Source: an uncultured Chloroflexia bacterium (GTDB lineage: Bacteria > Chloroflexota > Anaerolineae > Anaerolineales > UBA4823). From it: a stretch of DNA of 64,000 nt. Positions within the stretch are counted from its first letter, which is position 1. Each line of letters opens with the position of its first letter. The notes below the pieces were generated by a model. That model searched no databases. It was not told where the DNA came from and was given only the letters and a program-made list of their open reading frames with translations. The position numbers and the translations under genes are program-made. Where the stretch lies: positions 94,044-158,043 of the forward strand of contig CAVZNX010000014.1 in NCBI GenBank assembly GCA_963776795.1, in the 5' to 3' direction. Positions 25,063 through 34,648 of the stretch are shown piece by piece.

Positions 25063-26142
25063 TTAAGGATTTACAATACCATCCCAACCAGCTAAGCGCG
25101 CTGAAAGCCACCAAAACGCCTGGCCTTTCAAATAACACAATAAAGAGTGTGAGTGCGCACAGTTGATATCGGGTACAGGGCAGTAACCAGGGTGAGAATT
25201 ACACCAATCCTGGCACCACGGGCAGCTATCATCAGGGATACCAGGGTATAAGGTTCCATCCGGTAACCAACTCTCCATATCTGCGAAATCAAAGAGGATC
25301 TTGTTATTTGCCAACACATAATTTCGAACCATATTGTTATTACGCGTGAGTACTTGCGGGTCATAAGCATCATCGGTATGTCCAGTCATATAAACAAAAC
25401 GCACACCTGGGTACTCACTCTCCAATTGTGTCATTTTATCAAGATACTGTTGGACTACGCTAGTATCAATCCACGACATTTCACCGCACCATGACCACAT
25501 AAAGGAATTGCTTTGAGGTGCTTGATCTAGCATATTTCGTGCCGAACTAAGGAAACTATCAGGGTTCCATGAAAAACCATCATTGTATCCCATTCGTAAA
25601 TATGCTGGGTTTCCTTGGATGGGTGGGATAATCCAGGCTTTGAGGAAATTATATGCTGGTGGATTTACATAGACACCCAGATATTCGGCACCTGCCCAAA
25701 GCTGGGTTCCATGAGATGTTGAGCCATATGACCAAACGACATTCTCCTTCGCCGTTAGAATCCACTCTGTTGGTATCAGTGAAATATCTCGGTTGTTATG
25801 ATCAATGATGATTGCATGTGAAGGTCCTCCGTTAGTTGGAGTCGGTGTAAAAGTAGGTGTTGGCGTATAAGTAGGTGTTGGCGTATAAGTAGGTGTCAGT
25901 GTATAAGTAGGTGTTAATGTAGCTGTCGGTGTGCGTGTTGGCGTTGCCACCAACTCTGCTTTCCCGAGCAATGGTAAGAAGTTCTTGATTATGTCTTGGA
26001 TATTAAAATACCTGCCATCCGGATTATCTAAGGAAGATGCAGCCGTAACTTCAGCGTGATTATTCAATTTGGCATTTAAGGCGACTACCAATGATATTGT
26101 GAAAAACAATGCAAGCAGCAACCAAATTTTTTGGGTTTTCAT
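25063..26142 (-). CDS. Secreted protein: signal peptide, Thr/Pro/Tyr repeat linker, Cys-rich C-terminal domain of unknown function (possibly SGNH-like)
   Basis: Intact 359-aa ORF. Signal peptide MKTQKIWLLLALFFTISLVVALNA. Linker TPTRTPTATLTPTYTLTPTYTPTPTYTPTPTFTPTPT. No catalytic motif that I can name with confidence. Confidence 0.5.
   Translation of the reverse strand: MKTQKIWLLLALFFTISLVVALNAKLNNHAEVTAASSLDNPDGRYFNIQDIIKNFLPLLGKAELVATPTRTPTATLTPTYTLTPTYTPTPTYTPTPTFTPTPTNGGPSHAIIIDHNNRDISLIPTEWILTAKENVVWSYGSTSHGTQLWAGAEYLGVYVNPPAYNFLKAWIIPPIQGNPAYLRMGYNDGFSWNPDSFLSSARNMLDQAPQSNSFMWSWCGEMSWIDTSVVQQYLDKMTQLESEYPGVRFVYMTGHTDDAYDPQVLTRNNNMVRNYVLANNKILFDFADMESWLPDGTLYPGIPDDSCPWCQDWCNSHPGYCPVPDINCAHSHSLLCYLKGQAFWWLSARLAGWDGIVNP
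25841..25945. repeat. Imperfect 18-bp tandem repeat encoding the (TPTYTP)n linker
   Basis: The unit GTAGGTGTTGGCGTATAA is exact at 25853-25870 and 25871-25888. Degenerate copies lie at 25889-25906 and 25907-25924, with similar flanks. Confidence 0.8.
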
Positions 26143-26596
26143 GGGATACCTCTAATAATGTCATAGATTAATCTGACTACTTTATTATTGCATACTAATT
26201 ATGAACCTTTAGTCTGAACAAAATATTGATTGTAAGACAGAAATCAAATATTTAGCAGTATACCATAAGGGCTTAATATCCGAGGGAACGATAGATTGGT
26301 TGAATTTAACTGTTTACTATCGAAGCCTGTTTTTTTGATAGATGCAATAACCATCCCATGGTGTAAACCCAGCTACTAGAAAAAGTGAAGGCAATTATCC
26401 ACCCCTATCAAAAATCAAAGTGGTGGAATCCCGAGCATTCCGAAGAATATTTCCCAGTTACGCGTCAAAACTTATCTTTGGAGAAAAGTACTATATTGGA
26501 TCAATCCCGATAAGAAATTCATTGATTTTCGAGTCTGTTTATGTAATAATTGGAATAATGTGATTTTCCGTCGATATATCTTAAAGGTATGATGAG

Positions 26597-27638
26597 ATGA
26601 AAACTCTTTATCTTTCTATCAATGTTCTCTCCGTGATTTGCCTTTTTTTGGCTAGTTGTACTACAGCTGGACAAACCAGTGACTCATCGCTAGGCCTTGA
26701 GAATACCCCCACCGATCCAAATAGTCCCCCTCCACCCACAGCTACAGTGAAACTTATTTTCATCCATCACTCAACAGGCGGGCAGTGGCTGGCCGATAAT
26801 TATGGCGGATTGGGTAAAGCACTCATGGCGAACAACTATTATGTTAGTGCGACTAACTATGGTTGGGGTCCGAACAACATCGGTGACCGTACTGATATCA
26901 TAAACTGGCCTGAGTGGTTTACGAGCGCGAACCGTGATACATACATGGATGCATTATTCAACGAAAATGGGCAAAATTTCGGTGATTTTGGAAAATGGTC
27001 ACGTTTAAGGAAAGATCCTGGTGGAGAGAACCAAATAATCGTCTTCAAATCCTGCTATCCAAACTCTGATCTGTGGGGTTCACCTGATGACCCACCAGCA
27101 GATGTGATCAATGATCAATGGACAGTAAGCAATGCCAAGGCTGATTTATATTGACTTGCTTTCTTATTTTGCTACTCGCCAGGATAAACTTTTCATCGTC
27201 ATTACCGCCCCACCATTAGGAGAAGGTGACTACTCCGCAGGTGATCAGACAGCTGATCAACGCTCATCCAACGCCCGTGCATTCAATAATTGGTTGATGA
27301 ACGATTGGCTGGCGGATTATCCATATAGCAATGTCGCTGTATTTGATTACTACAACGTGCTTACATCGAACGGCAGCGAAGGGCGGATTGACATTACAAA
27401 TACAAATAACGAACCTAATGATGCTGGGTGGGAGGATGGTAACCACCACCGTTGGTGGAATGGTGCCATCCAGCATATCCAAACAGTAGATAATAACTAT
27501 TCAGCATTTCCAAACGCGTCCCCTGGCGATAGCCACCCAACCGCAATAGGTCAACAGAAAGCCACGCAGGAGTTTGTCCCACTGCTGAACTATTATTATA
27601 ATCAATGGCTGGCAAGCATGAATCAAGGCAGCAATTGA
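26597..27638 (+). pseudogene. Secreted lipoprotein-like protein of unknown function (SGNH-hydrolase-like features), one frame shift near 27130-27154
   Basis: ORF 26597..27154 has a lipobox-like MKTLYLSINVLSVICLFLASC, then VKLIFIHHSTGG. ORF 27132..27638 continues with LFIVITAPPL...GDSHPT, reminiscent of the SGNH block V D-x-x-H. Confidence 0.4.
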
Positions 27639-27767
27639 TTTCTACCTGACTAATATTAGTTATCTATCGATCATGACTGTCCTGGCATGACATCAGAAAG
27701 CGGGGTAAACTTAAGTAACACTGAATTCAAAGTGATAGCTAGTTTATACTTTTGTTTCAATGTCAAT

Positions 27768-27797
27768 AAAAAAATCCGTTTTTCACGGATTTTTTTA
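27768..27797. terminator. Bidirectional rho-independent terminator between convergent genes
   Basis: AAAAAAATCCG-TTTTTCA-CGGATTTTTTT: a 7-bp stem flanked by an A-run and a T-run. Confidence 0.7.
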
Positions 27798-27978
27798 TTT
27801 CAACCAATAGATTAAAATCAATATTCGCTAGCAAAGTAATGAGCATACAAAAATTGATAGCATGTGCAACCTATTATTTAATTGTTGTGTGAAACCTTAC
27901 CCAAGATACCATAGTGATGAATGGTTCAGTTCCAAAGCTAATTTAATCCTTTATAGAAGAACACTACTTGTACGATCC

Positions 27979-28911
27979 CTACATCATAGATAATTCATGC
28001 TCTTTAATATAACTTACAGTCTTGAATAAACCCTCTTCCAATGGGATTGTCGGTTGCCATCCTAGCTCTGACACCGCACGATTGGCGTTCAAATAGATCT
28101 TATACGTTTCACCCTTTTTTGCAGGACCGTATAAGGGAGTTCTTTTATAGCCCGTGATCGAGCTTAGATTTGAAAAAATCTCATTTACTGTTGTTCCAAT
28201 CCCATAACCGAGGTTGTATACTGTTCTACTCCCTTTTTCGAGGAGTAATAAATTTGCGGTCGCACAATCAGTCACATACACAAAATCCCTTGTCTGGTTA
28301 CCATCGCCATTAATGACTACCTGCTCATCTCGCAGCATTTTTTCAGTGAAAATGGCCACTACCCCTGCTTCCCCATGCGGATCCTGGCGTGGACCATAGA
28401 CATTCGGGTAACGCAGGACAGAGTAATCTAAATCGTAATTCGAGCTGAATACATGCAGGTAAAGTTCAAATGTGTATTTGCTTGCTCCATAATGACATAA
28501 GGGTTTTATCGGGTGTTCTTCATCGCAAGGTAGGTATTCAGGTTCGCCATACGCAGCTCCACCACTTGAAATATGAATGAATTTCCTTGTGCCATATTTT
28601 ATGGCTAGCTGCGCTAATTTAATCGATCCGACAATATTTACATCAGCATCAAAGAGCGGATCCAACATGGAACGACGTACATCCATCTGGGCTGCATGGT
28701 GGCAGATAACTTCTGGTCGTTCCTTTGAAAAGATCTCTTCAACTTCTGGATTACGAATGTCTATTTTATAAAACGCTGCCTTTGGATTAATATTCGATAT
28801 TCTCCCTGTAGACAAATCGTCAATGATGACAACCTGATGTCCTGATTCAATCAATAGATCAGTGACATGTGAGCCGATGAACCCAGCCCCTCCTGTGACT
28901 AAGATTTTCAT
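27979..28911 (-). CDS. NAD-dependent epimerase/dehydratase (UDP-glucose 4-epimerase-like)
   Basis: MKILVTGGAGFIGSH with a GGAGG RBS 9 nt upstream of the ATG at 28911. The listed ORF start at 28965 is probably spurious. Catalytic YGASK. Confidence 0.85.
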   Translation of the reverse strand: MKILVTGGAGFIGSHVTDLLIESGHQVVIIDDLSTGRISNINPKAAFYKIDIRNPEVEEIFSKERPEVICHHAAQMDVRRSMLDPLFDADVNIVGSIKLAQLAIKYGTRKFIHISSGGAAYGEPEYLPCDEEHPIKPLCHYGASKYTFELYLHVFSSNYDLDYSVLRYPNVYGPRQDPHGEAGVVAIFTEKMLRDEQVVINGDGNQTRDFVYVTDCATANLLLLEKGSRTVYNLGYGIGTTVNEIFSNLSSITGYKRTPLYGPAKKGETYKIYLNANRAVSELGWQPTIPLEEGLFKTVSYIKEHELSMM

Positions 28912-29206
28912 TGAGTGAACCTCCTGAAGAATGAGTAATACAATATTATATATGTATTTGCTCATCCACCAGTCGTTGGTTTATTTAAAAGATATATTCT
29001 CCGGCAAAACAACGACTATGCGCAGTTTATTTAATAATGCCTATTTTTGCTTCAACTTTATCTCATTCGCACTTACTATAGCAAACTGCACATTCGACAC
29101 CAAAATTCAGATAAAAACACTGGTCCTATCAGATACATTACAAAAATTGGATAACAGGTAGAAATCGCCTTTACGTTTTGCCGATATATCTAAGAAATTC
29201 GTATAT

Positions 29207-29677
29207 TTATGCCATTACCTGCTTCATTTGCCTTCTCTTATTTGCGTGAGATTCTTGAATAAAGGATTGATCATGAGCGCTCATATCATATTTTTGTTTA
29301 TCAAGCATCTCCAATCCTCCCCAAGGTAATCCCAGGAAAGAAATATGCTTGATATCAACAAGCGATCGACCATTATGGTTTACAAGCTTACCCTGGGCGA
29401 TCACATACGGACGCGCCTGATTTACCAGGATCGCTGGCTGGTCGACTGAGACGCTGGCGATCTCGATCAAACACACACCAGCCTCGATCAAAGGCTTTTC
29501 TTTGACCTTTCGCATGATATCGATGATCACTTCTGCGGGACGACCAGATACTACTACCGGATGGTGATCATCTAAAATTACCTCTGATGCCATCACGGTC
29601 AGTCGTGTGAATCCTGCCTTCAACGACCAATACTGACGTTCGATTTGCCACGACAGTCCTTGCAGACTCGACCTCAA
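29207..29677 (-). CDS. Hypothetical protein (last gene of the island; the 3' part is already AT-rich)
   Basis: 156-aa ORF. An internal start at MASEVILDD (29593) is possible. No recognisable motif. Confidence 0.4.
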   Translation of the reverse strand: MRSSLQGLSWQIERQYWSLKAGFTRLTVMASEVILDDHHPVVVSGRPAEVIIDIMRKVKEKPLIEAGVCLIEIASVSVDQPAILVNQARPYVIAQGKLVNHNGRSLVDIKHISFLGLPWGGLEMLDKQKYDMSAHDQSFIQESHANKRRQMKQVMA

Positions 29678-29720
29678 ACCAGCCTTGCAGGATGCATAAA
29701 TTCGTGTAAGTCGGCATTGC

Positions 29721-30266
29721 TTAACCTCCCACGAATTCCCCGAATGGTAATTCTTCTGTTTTGGTAGAATTGAGTGATTTTATAAACTCATTCACCTCTT
29801 GAAGGCGACGTGAAGCGATGCGATGACTTTCCAGCAACGCCTGATACGCCTGGATGAAGTGGGCGCGATCTGCAATAGGATTCTCTGAATTGCATAATGA
29901 AGTCCAGCCCAAACTATCAACCACCTTATCCGTGATCGGATTTGAAAATTTTGGCCTGTTCAGGTAACCTACGCGCTGCATCTCCTCTTGAACCTCCGCC
30001 CAGGCTTCATATCCGGATTGGACAGGATCTGCAGCTTCAATAATATTGAATGCACCCATCCGTAATTCAGCGATCGATGGGAAGAACGAAGAACGGCTGA
30101 TGTGATCCAGGACCGATTGGCCAAGGATATTCCCTGGGATATCATCCAGCAGTCTGACATACATCTCGATCGCTGTACTGCTTAACTGGAAACTTGGGTA
30201 AATATCTCCTAATATTTTTAATACCTGAAGGACTTCAATCTCGGTCGCCACTCGGGATGCCTCCAT
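29721..30266 (-). CDS. Phage G39P-like helicase loader/inhibitor domain protein
   Basis: The N-terminus EIEVLQVLKILGDIYPSFQL...YVRLLDDIP...SSFFPSIAELR matches my recollection of the G39P loader-family pattern (YPxF ... LxD ... FPSIAEI). It lies in a replication gene block. Confidence 0.5.
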   Translation of the reverse strand: MEASRVATEIEVLQVLKILGDIYPSFQLSSTAIEMYVRLLDDIPGNILGQSVLDHISRSSFFPSIAELRMGAFNIIEAADPVQSGYEAWAEVQEEMQRVGYLNRPKFSNPITDKVVDSLGWTSLCNSENPIADRAHFIQAYQALLESHRIASRRLQEVNEFIKSLNSTKTEELPFGEFVGG

Positions 30267-30633
30267 GCTTCTCTATATATGCACGAATACCAGCAAATGC
30301 AGCAGGCTCCCTTGTACTTTTCCTGGAAACCTGTCCTTTGGTTCCTGTTTTTCGTGGCTGCCCTGGCTGTTTCCGTTCCTTTCCATGTTCAGTCCAGTCA
30401 TCCAGCACCGCAGCTGCGTAGTGCAGGATATTGCGCGGATCGGCTACTCCCAATGCGCAGGTCAATGCTTCCGCCAGCCACTCACCACCACTGGAACCAC
30501 TTGCCCGGGCTGCTGGATCACAGCGATCCGCCATGATACGAAACCGCAACCGGGTGTCTGTATTGATCTCACGTCCGCTGCTTTGATAGACCTTGATCGC
30601 CTTGATAAAGGTCTGGTTCAAATCGATACTCAT
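30235..30633 (-). CDS. DnaD/replisome-organiser C-terminal-like domain protein
   Basis: ...PRNILHYAAAVLDDWTEHG resembles the DnaD-domain signature (I.Y...IL..W...G). It overlaps both neighbours (65 nt and 32 nt), so it may be part of a frame-shifted fusion. Confidence 0.45.
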   Translation of the reverse strand: MSIDLNQTFIKAIKVYQSSGREINTDTRLRFRIMADRCDPAARASGSSGGEWLAEALTCALGVADPRNILHYAAAVLDDWTEHGKERKQPGQPRKTGTKGQVSRKSTREPAAFAGIRAYIEKHGGIPSGDRD

Positions 30634-31006
30634 CTGATCGCTTCAGAGGACCTGTTCCATCAAGGGCTTCCGGCTTCCGGGAAAACGGCGGATGGTTTTC
30701 CGGACTTCGGGTTTCCTGCTTCTGTTGTAACAGGTCACGGGCGATCGCTGCACAATGTGTGAAATATCTCGGCGGTGACGAGCGTTTGAAAGCCTCATCA
30801 ATGCCTTCCAGGATATTCTCGAATGTAAACCCAGCCTGGACCAGCTTTTTAAGCGCAGCTCTCTCCTTGATCGTTGGTGTGTAATCTGGATCGCCCTTAC
30901 TCCAGGCGAAATACGAAAAAACACTGCTGTCGATCGGAGTGGAGAGCTCATCCTCTTCTTTATCTTCTAATCCATTTATGTACTTTTTTGATACCTGGTG
31001 GTGCAC
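30569..31006 (-). CDS. DnaD-like domain protein (replication initiation/membrane attachment family)
   Basis: KERAALKKLVQAGFTFENILEGIDEAFKRS...YFTHCAAIARDLL. The tail after ~QQKQ is low-complexity, which suggests a frame problem. Confidence 0.4.
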   Translation of the reverse strand: MHHQVSKKYINGLEDKEEDELSTPIDSSVFSYFAWSKGDPDYTPTIKERAALKKLVQAGFTFENILEGIDEAFKRSSPPRYFTHCAAIARDLLQQKQETRSPENHPPFSRKPEALDGTGPLKRSDEYRFEPDLYQGDQGLSKQRT

Positions 31007-31059
31007 TTTTTGAACACAGCTGCCATTGGATGTGCCATCTTTTATTTCACGGTGACCGA

Positions 31060-31599
31060 TTAATTAGCATCCATTTCACCTTTTTTCTCAACGTGTTGGG
31101 AAGTGCGAATAATGTTCTTTTCGAGATACTGGTCCTGGATAGCACCCGAAATTAGATAGGCTTTCGTCCCGTTGAAACGGCCATGCGAATCGCGAAATGA
31201 GGTCAGTTCCTTTGGGATCATGAGGACCGAGATAGATTGGTTTTCAGCTAAATTGCGTATGGCCCGCGCGATGGTTGCCCTGCTCATGCCTAACTCCTCT
31301 GCCAGCGCAATATCACTCACTCTGGCATAAAGCCTGCCTTCGTCCTCCTGAGTAACCATATTTAAACCGAGCAGCAACGCCAGATCCTCTCCTTTCAAAG
31401 GCCGTGCATGCATGGCGATCGCCAGCAAGATCACAAAGTCATTCCCGCGGCTGGAAAATTGATCGCGGTACCATCGGCTGGTGATCGCCTCGGAAAAGAG
31501 CCGCACGGATACCGAGATGCTTTCACTCCAGGGAGAAAGTTCACTCTCCTGTACCACGGATTGCTGGAATTCGAACTGCAGAACGCGCTGCTGGGTCAT
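31060..31599 (-). CDS. HTH DNA-binding protein (replication-initiator/organiser-like)
   Basis: 179 aa. [26 protein letters not shown]. Its start ATG overlaps the dnaB stop (ATGA). Confidence 0.45.
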   Translation of the reverse strand: MTQQRVLQFEFQQSVVQESELSPWSESISVSVRLFSEAITSRWYRDQFSSRGNDFVILLAIAMHARPLKGEDLALLLGLNMVTQEDEGRLYARVSDIALAEELGMSRATIARAIRNLAENQSISVLMIPKELTSFRDSHGRFNGTKAYLISGAIQDQYLEKNIIRTSQHVEKKGEMDAN

Positions 31600-32925
31600 T
31601 GGGATATCTCCTGCCTTGAAGGATCTTCAAATCTCGCAAAATGCCGATGAAAAACTAACCTTGCTACCCCGGTCGGCCCATTGCGGTGTTTTGCAATGAT
31701 GATCTCCACATGATCTCGGGAGCCCAAGCTCATCCGGATAGTAGATGAACATCACGAGATCAGCATCCATCTCGATGCTGCCCGATTCTCGCAGGTCACT
31801 CAGCAGCGGGTGCTTGTCAGCGCGCTGTTCAACCGCCCTTGAGAGCTGCGCAGCAGCCAGCACCGGAACATCCAGCTCGCGTGCCAATGTTTTCAGCTGG
31901 CGGGTTATATAGGAGACTTCCTGGACGCGGTTGTCAAAACGCTCTCCTGCACTGACAAGCTGGAGATAGTCAACAACAACCAGATCAAGTCCCTTTCTAA
32001 AGAGAGCTTATGGCAGGCTGAGCGGATCTGATTGATACTGACGATTGAGGTGTCATTCACGAACAACGGTACTTTCTGCAGCAGTTCGATCGCCTCACCA
32101 TATCGGCGCTTTTCATCGACTTCCAATTTTCCTGAACGCAGGCGTTGGACATCCATGCTGATCTCCTGGGCGATCAGGCGCTGGGCAAGCTGCTCACCTG
32201 ACATCTCCAGGGTGAACAAGGCGACTCTTTTTCTTTCTTTGACGGCCACATTCCTGATGATGGAAAGCAATAAGCTGGTCTTGCCTGTCCCAGGCCTGCC
32301 CGCAATGATCCCCAGGTCTGAAGCCTGCAGCCCACCAACCAGTATGTCCAGTTCACAAAATCCAGTTTGCAAACCGGGCTTGTCAGCTTGACCGGGATGA
32401 TTGATGACATTTTCATCCACGGTACTCAAGTATTTCAGATAGAGACTTTATGCCAAGTGAAGGCCTGCCCTGGCGGATTGATGAGATGGTCCTTTCGGTC
32501 TCCTGGATCACCTCTTCCATATCCGTGCCCTTGCTGTGAGCAAGCTTGGCGATACGGCTGGCGGCTTCAAGGATGTGTCTACGCGTGGCCATATCCTTGA
32601 TGATCTGTGCATACGCACCTGCATGCAGGGAGGTTGGAACCTGGTTGATCAATCCGGTCAGGTACGCTGTACCACCAATCTCATTAAGTTTCCCTGCCTG
32701 GTCAAGCTCGTCCGTGATCGTCAGGAAATCGAGCGGAATTTGGCGCTCCTGGAGCCGGGTAATGGCCTCCCAGATGAAGCGATGACGATGGATATAGAAA
32801 TCACCTGGCTGGATCACCTGGGCAACCGAGTGGTATGCATCTGGATCGATGAGTACCGCCCCGATGACAGCCTCTTCAGCTTCAACGCTATATGGGATGG
32901 ATTTCGGCTTCGGTTCTGATTCCAT
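31596..32925 (-). pseudogene. dnaB: Replicative DNA helicase DnaB, about 3 frame shifts
   Basis: N-terminal domain IPYSVEAEEAVIGAVLIDPDAY (32413..32925). Walker A IIAGRPGTGKTS (31905..32429). [13 protein letters not shown]...[19 protein letters not shown] (31627..31887). A hand-translated tail [13 protein letters not shown] ends at the TGA at 31596-31598. Confidence 0.85.
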
Positions 32926-33277
32926 TTATGTCCCTAAATAAGCCAGGCATAAGTTATGTTATGCTAATCCATATCACAGGTATCGTTTTTATTGAGAATT
33001 ATCGAACAATATAGATTTGATAAAAGGCACCGCCATTTTTCTATCCTGCATTGTGCAGATGTTGTTGTGTTTTTTACGTAAGTCTCATTTGATTCATCTC
33101 ACGATAGTTTCCAGATGTAAATATGGTGTTTGTTGTGCATCGGAACTGTTCTCACGCATCTCTCAACCAGAGCCAGATATACTCCGAGTCATCTGGCCAA
33201 AGATCGAGATCACCGCTTGATCCCGATCTTCTTCCTTGCGGTCAGCGGCAAAACCCTTATAAGCTCCGGTTCAATGA

Positions 33278-33439
33278 TCATGATCGGGTCTTGCTCAGTC
33301 CTTTGAGAAGTTTCATGACTTCATCTGTGTAGGCCTTACCAGCTGAAATATAAAAACCCATAATTTGATCATCTGCCTTATCCATATTTCGTTCATTTCT
33401 ATCGCTCGTATCATGATCATTTTTTGAGATTAATTTCAT
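33278..33439 (-). CDS. Possible 53-aa leaderless small ORF downstream of the predicted promoter
   Basis: Hand translation gives MKLISKNDHDTSDRNERNMDKADDQIMGFYISAGKAYTDEVMKLLKGLSKTRS. The ATG lies about 8 nt after a TAAAAT -10 box. There is no homology evidence. Confidence 0.2.
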   Translation of the reverse strand: MKLISKNDHDTSDRNERNMDKADDQIMGFYISAGKAYTDEVMKLLKGLSKTRS

Positions 33440-33447
33440 TCATAGAA

Positions 33448-33533
33448 ATTTTACTGGTCAGCAAGCGACTTTCCAATCACACATATCCCCCACCTCATTA
33501 CTTCCTGTCCCCTGGTTTCTGGACACATGTCCC
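33448..33533 (-). promoter_or_regulatory. Sigma70-like promoter (TTGGAA-N17-TAAAAT) with upstream operator TGTCCC-N8-TGGACA-CA-TGTCCC
   Basis: On the minus strand, -35 is at 33471-33476 and -10 at 33448-33453 with an exact 17-bp spacer. The operator is at 33506-33533. The same architecture occurs at 38363-38428. Confidence 0.45.
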
Positions 33534-33595
33534 ACCTCGGGTGGGCATATAACACGCCCTTTAGAGAAAATCAAGCAATAGGACTTAGCAAGAAT

Positions 33596-33626
33596 CAAAA
33601 CGGGCTTCATGAGCCCGTTTTTTTGT
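33596..33626. terminator. Rho-independent terminator (bidirectional form) after the GNAT genes
   Basis: AAAACGGGCT-TCATG-AGCCCGTTTTTTT: a 10-bp stem with a T-run on the plus strand and an A-run on the other side. Confidence 0.65.
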
Positions 33627-33646
33627 TAATTTTACATATTGTTGGT

Positions 33647-34116
33647 CTATTTATCCAGCCATTTGATCAGTTCGATCCAGGTATATGTCCTTACCCACCC
33701 ACTATCAAGCAGGTATTGGCTGATCCTGGATCCTTTCTTCAGGGACCTCGACAAGCACCGATTCTCTATGCGCTCCAGCCAGCCAGTCTTCTGCGACCCG
33801 GACCATTCTGGGGTAGAAATCCGAGCTCAGCATCTTCGATCACTGGCAGGAGCAGGGTACCCTTGTTCTGGTAACGCTGGTAGTCCGCCCTCAGGAACCC
33901 GATGATCCTTCCATCGACCAGGACAGCTTTTATCCACCAGGAAAATCCCGTGTAGGTAAGGAAGGACCTCTGCAAGATCGACAGAAAATAGCGGGAATCC
34001 AGACTGCCATTTACCTGAAGCACCAGGGGAGAAGTCGTCCTGCTTTCGATCGCGTGGAATACTGCCCGGTCCCGGCGGTTGACAGGACGAGTGGTGAAGC
34101 GATCATTAACCTTCAT
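33647..34116 (-). pseudogene. GNAT-family N-acetyltransferase-like protein, about 2 frame shifts
   Basis: ORF 33766..34116 (VLVDGRIIGFLRADY...) continues in two other frames by hand translation: FYPRMVRVAEDWLAGAHRESVLVEV, then SQYLLDSGWVRTY...WLDK, with the stop at 33647. Confidence 0.35.
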
Positions 34117-34612
34117 GATTGCCTCTGATCGGATGGCAGTCGGTGCTCATAGACAGAATAGCGGTTATACTCGGAAAATCCTTGCTTTCGTAAATTGCCC
34201 AGCGAGGCGAGGTTCGTATCAAGTACCTGGGCAGTCACGTAGGGATAGCCCAAGTTCAGAAAGCCTTTCCAGCCGCTTTTCAAGGAGTGCCTGACCAACC
34301 CCGCGCCTGCGATATTCTGGGTCGACCATCAGGTTGGTGACGGCCATCTGCTCCTTCCTGCCGATATACATCCCTCCCCCGGCCACCTTCCCCTCGACTT
34401 CTGCAACATAACCTTCCCACTTGATGCCCATCAAGGCGGTCAGCAGCTTATAGGGGATCATCCTCCAGCGGAATATCCTGCGGGTCTCCCGTTCGAAATC
34501 ATCAGGGCTCATCCCGGCTGCCCTGGTTTCTTCAGCAAAGGCCACCCGCGAGATCCGCAGGAACTCATCCACATCGGTATGGGCGAACTTACGTATAGCT
34601 GATATTTTCCAT
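34113..34612 (-). pseudogene. GNAT-family N-acetyltransferase, frame shifts
   Basis: Acetyl-CoA-binding motif MVDPEYRRRGVGQALLEKRLE in ORF 34219..34572. The C-terminus YVTAQVLDTNLASLGNLRKQGF is in ORF 34113..34298. The probable ATG at 34612 is one frame off. Confidence 0.65.
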
Positions 34613-34648
34613 TATGGATCACCTTTAAGTTAAATTCTTCCATCCGCA

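Noticed and set aside
28912-28965. Listed longer starts for several ORFs (28965, 39123, 43935, 45274, 50731, 58852, 59986, 62219)
   Set aside because: In each case an internal ATG preceded by a GGAGG/GAGG-type RBS, or a conserved N-terminal motif such as MKILVTGGAGFIGSH, fits better. The upstream extensions are probably artefacts of first-start ORF calling.
32925-32945. Extra TGTCCC/GGGACA half-site right at the dnaB start as a third operator
   Set aside because: It is a single half-site overlapping the probable RBS (AGGGACATAAATG). It has no partner repeat, so it is likely coincidental.
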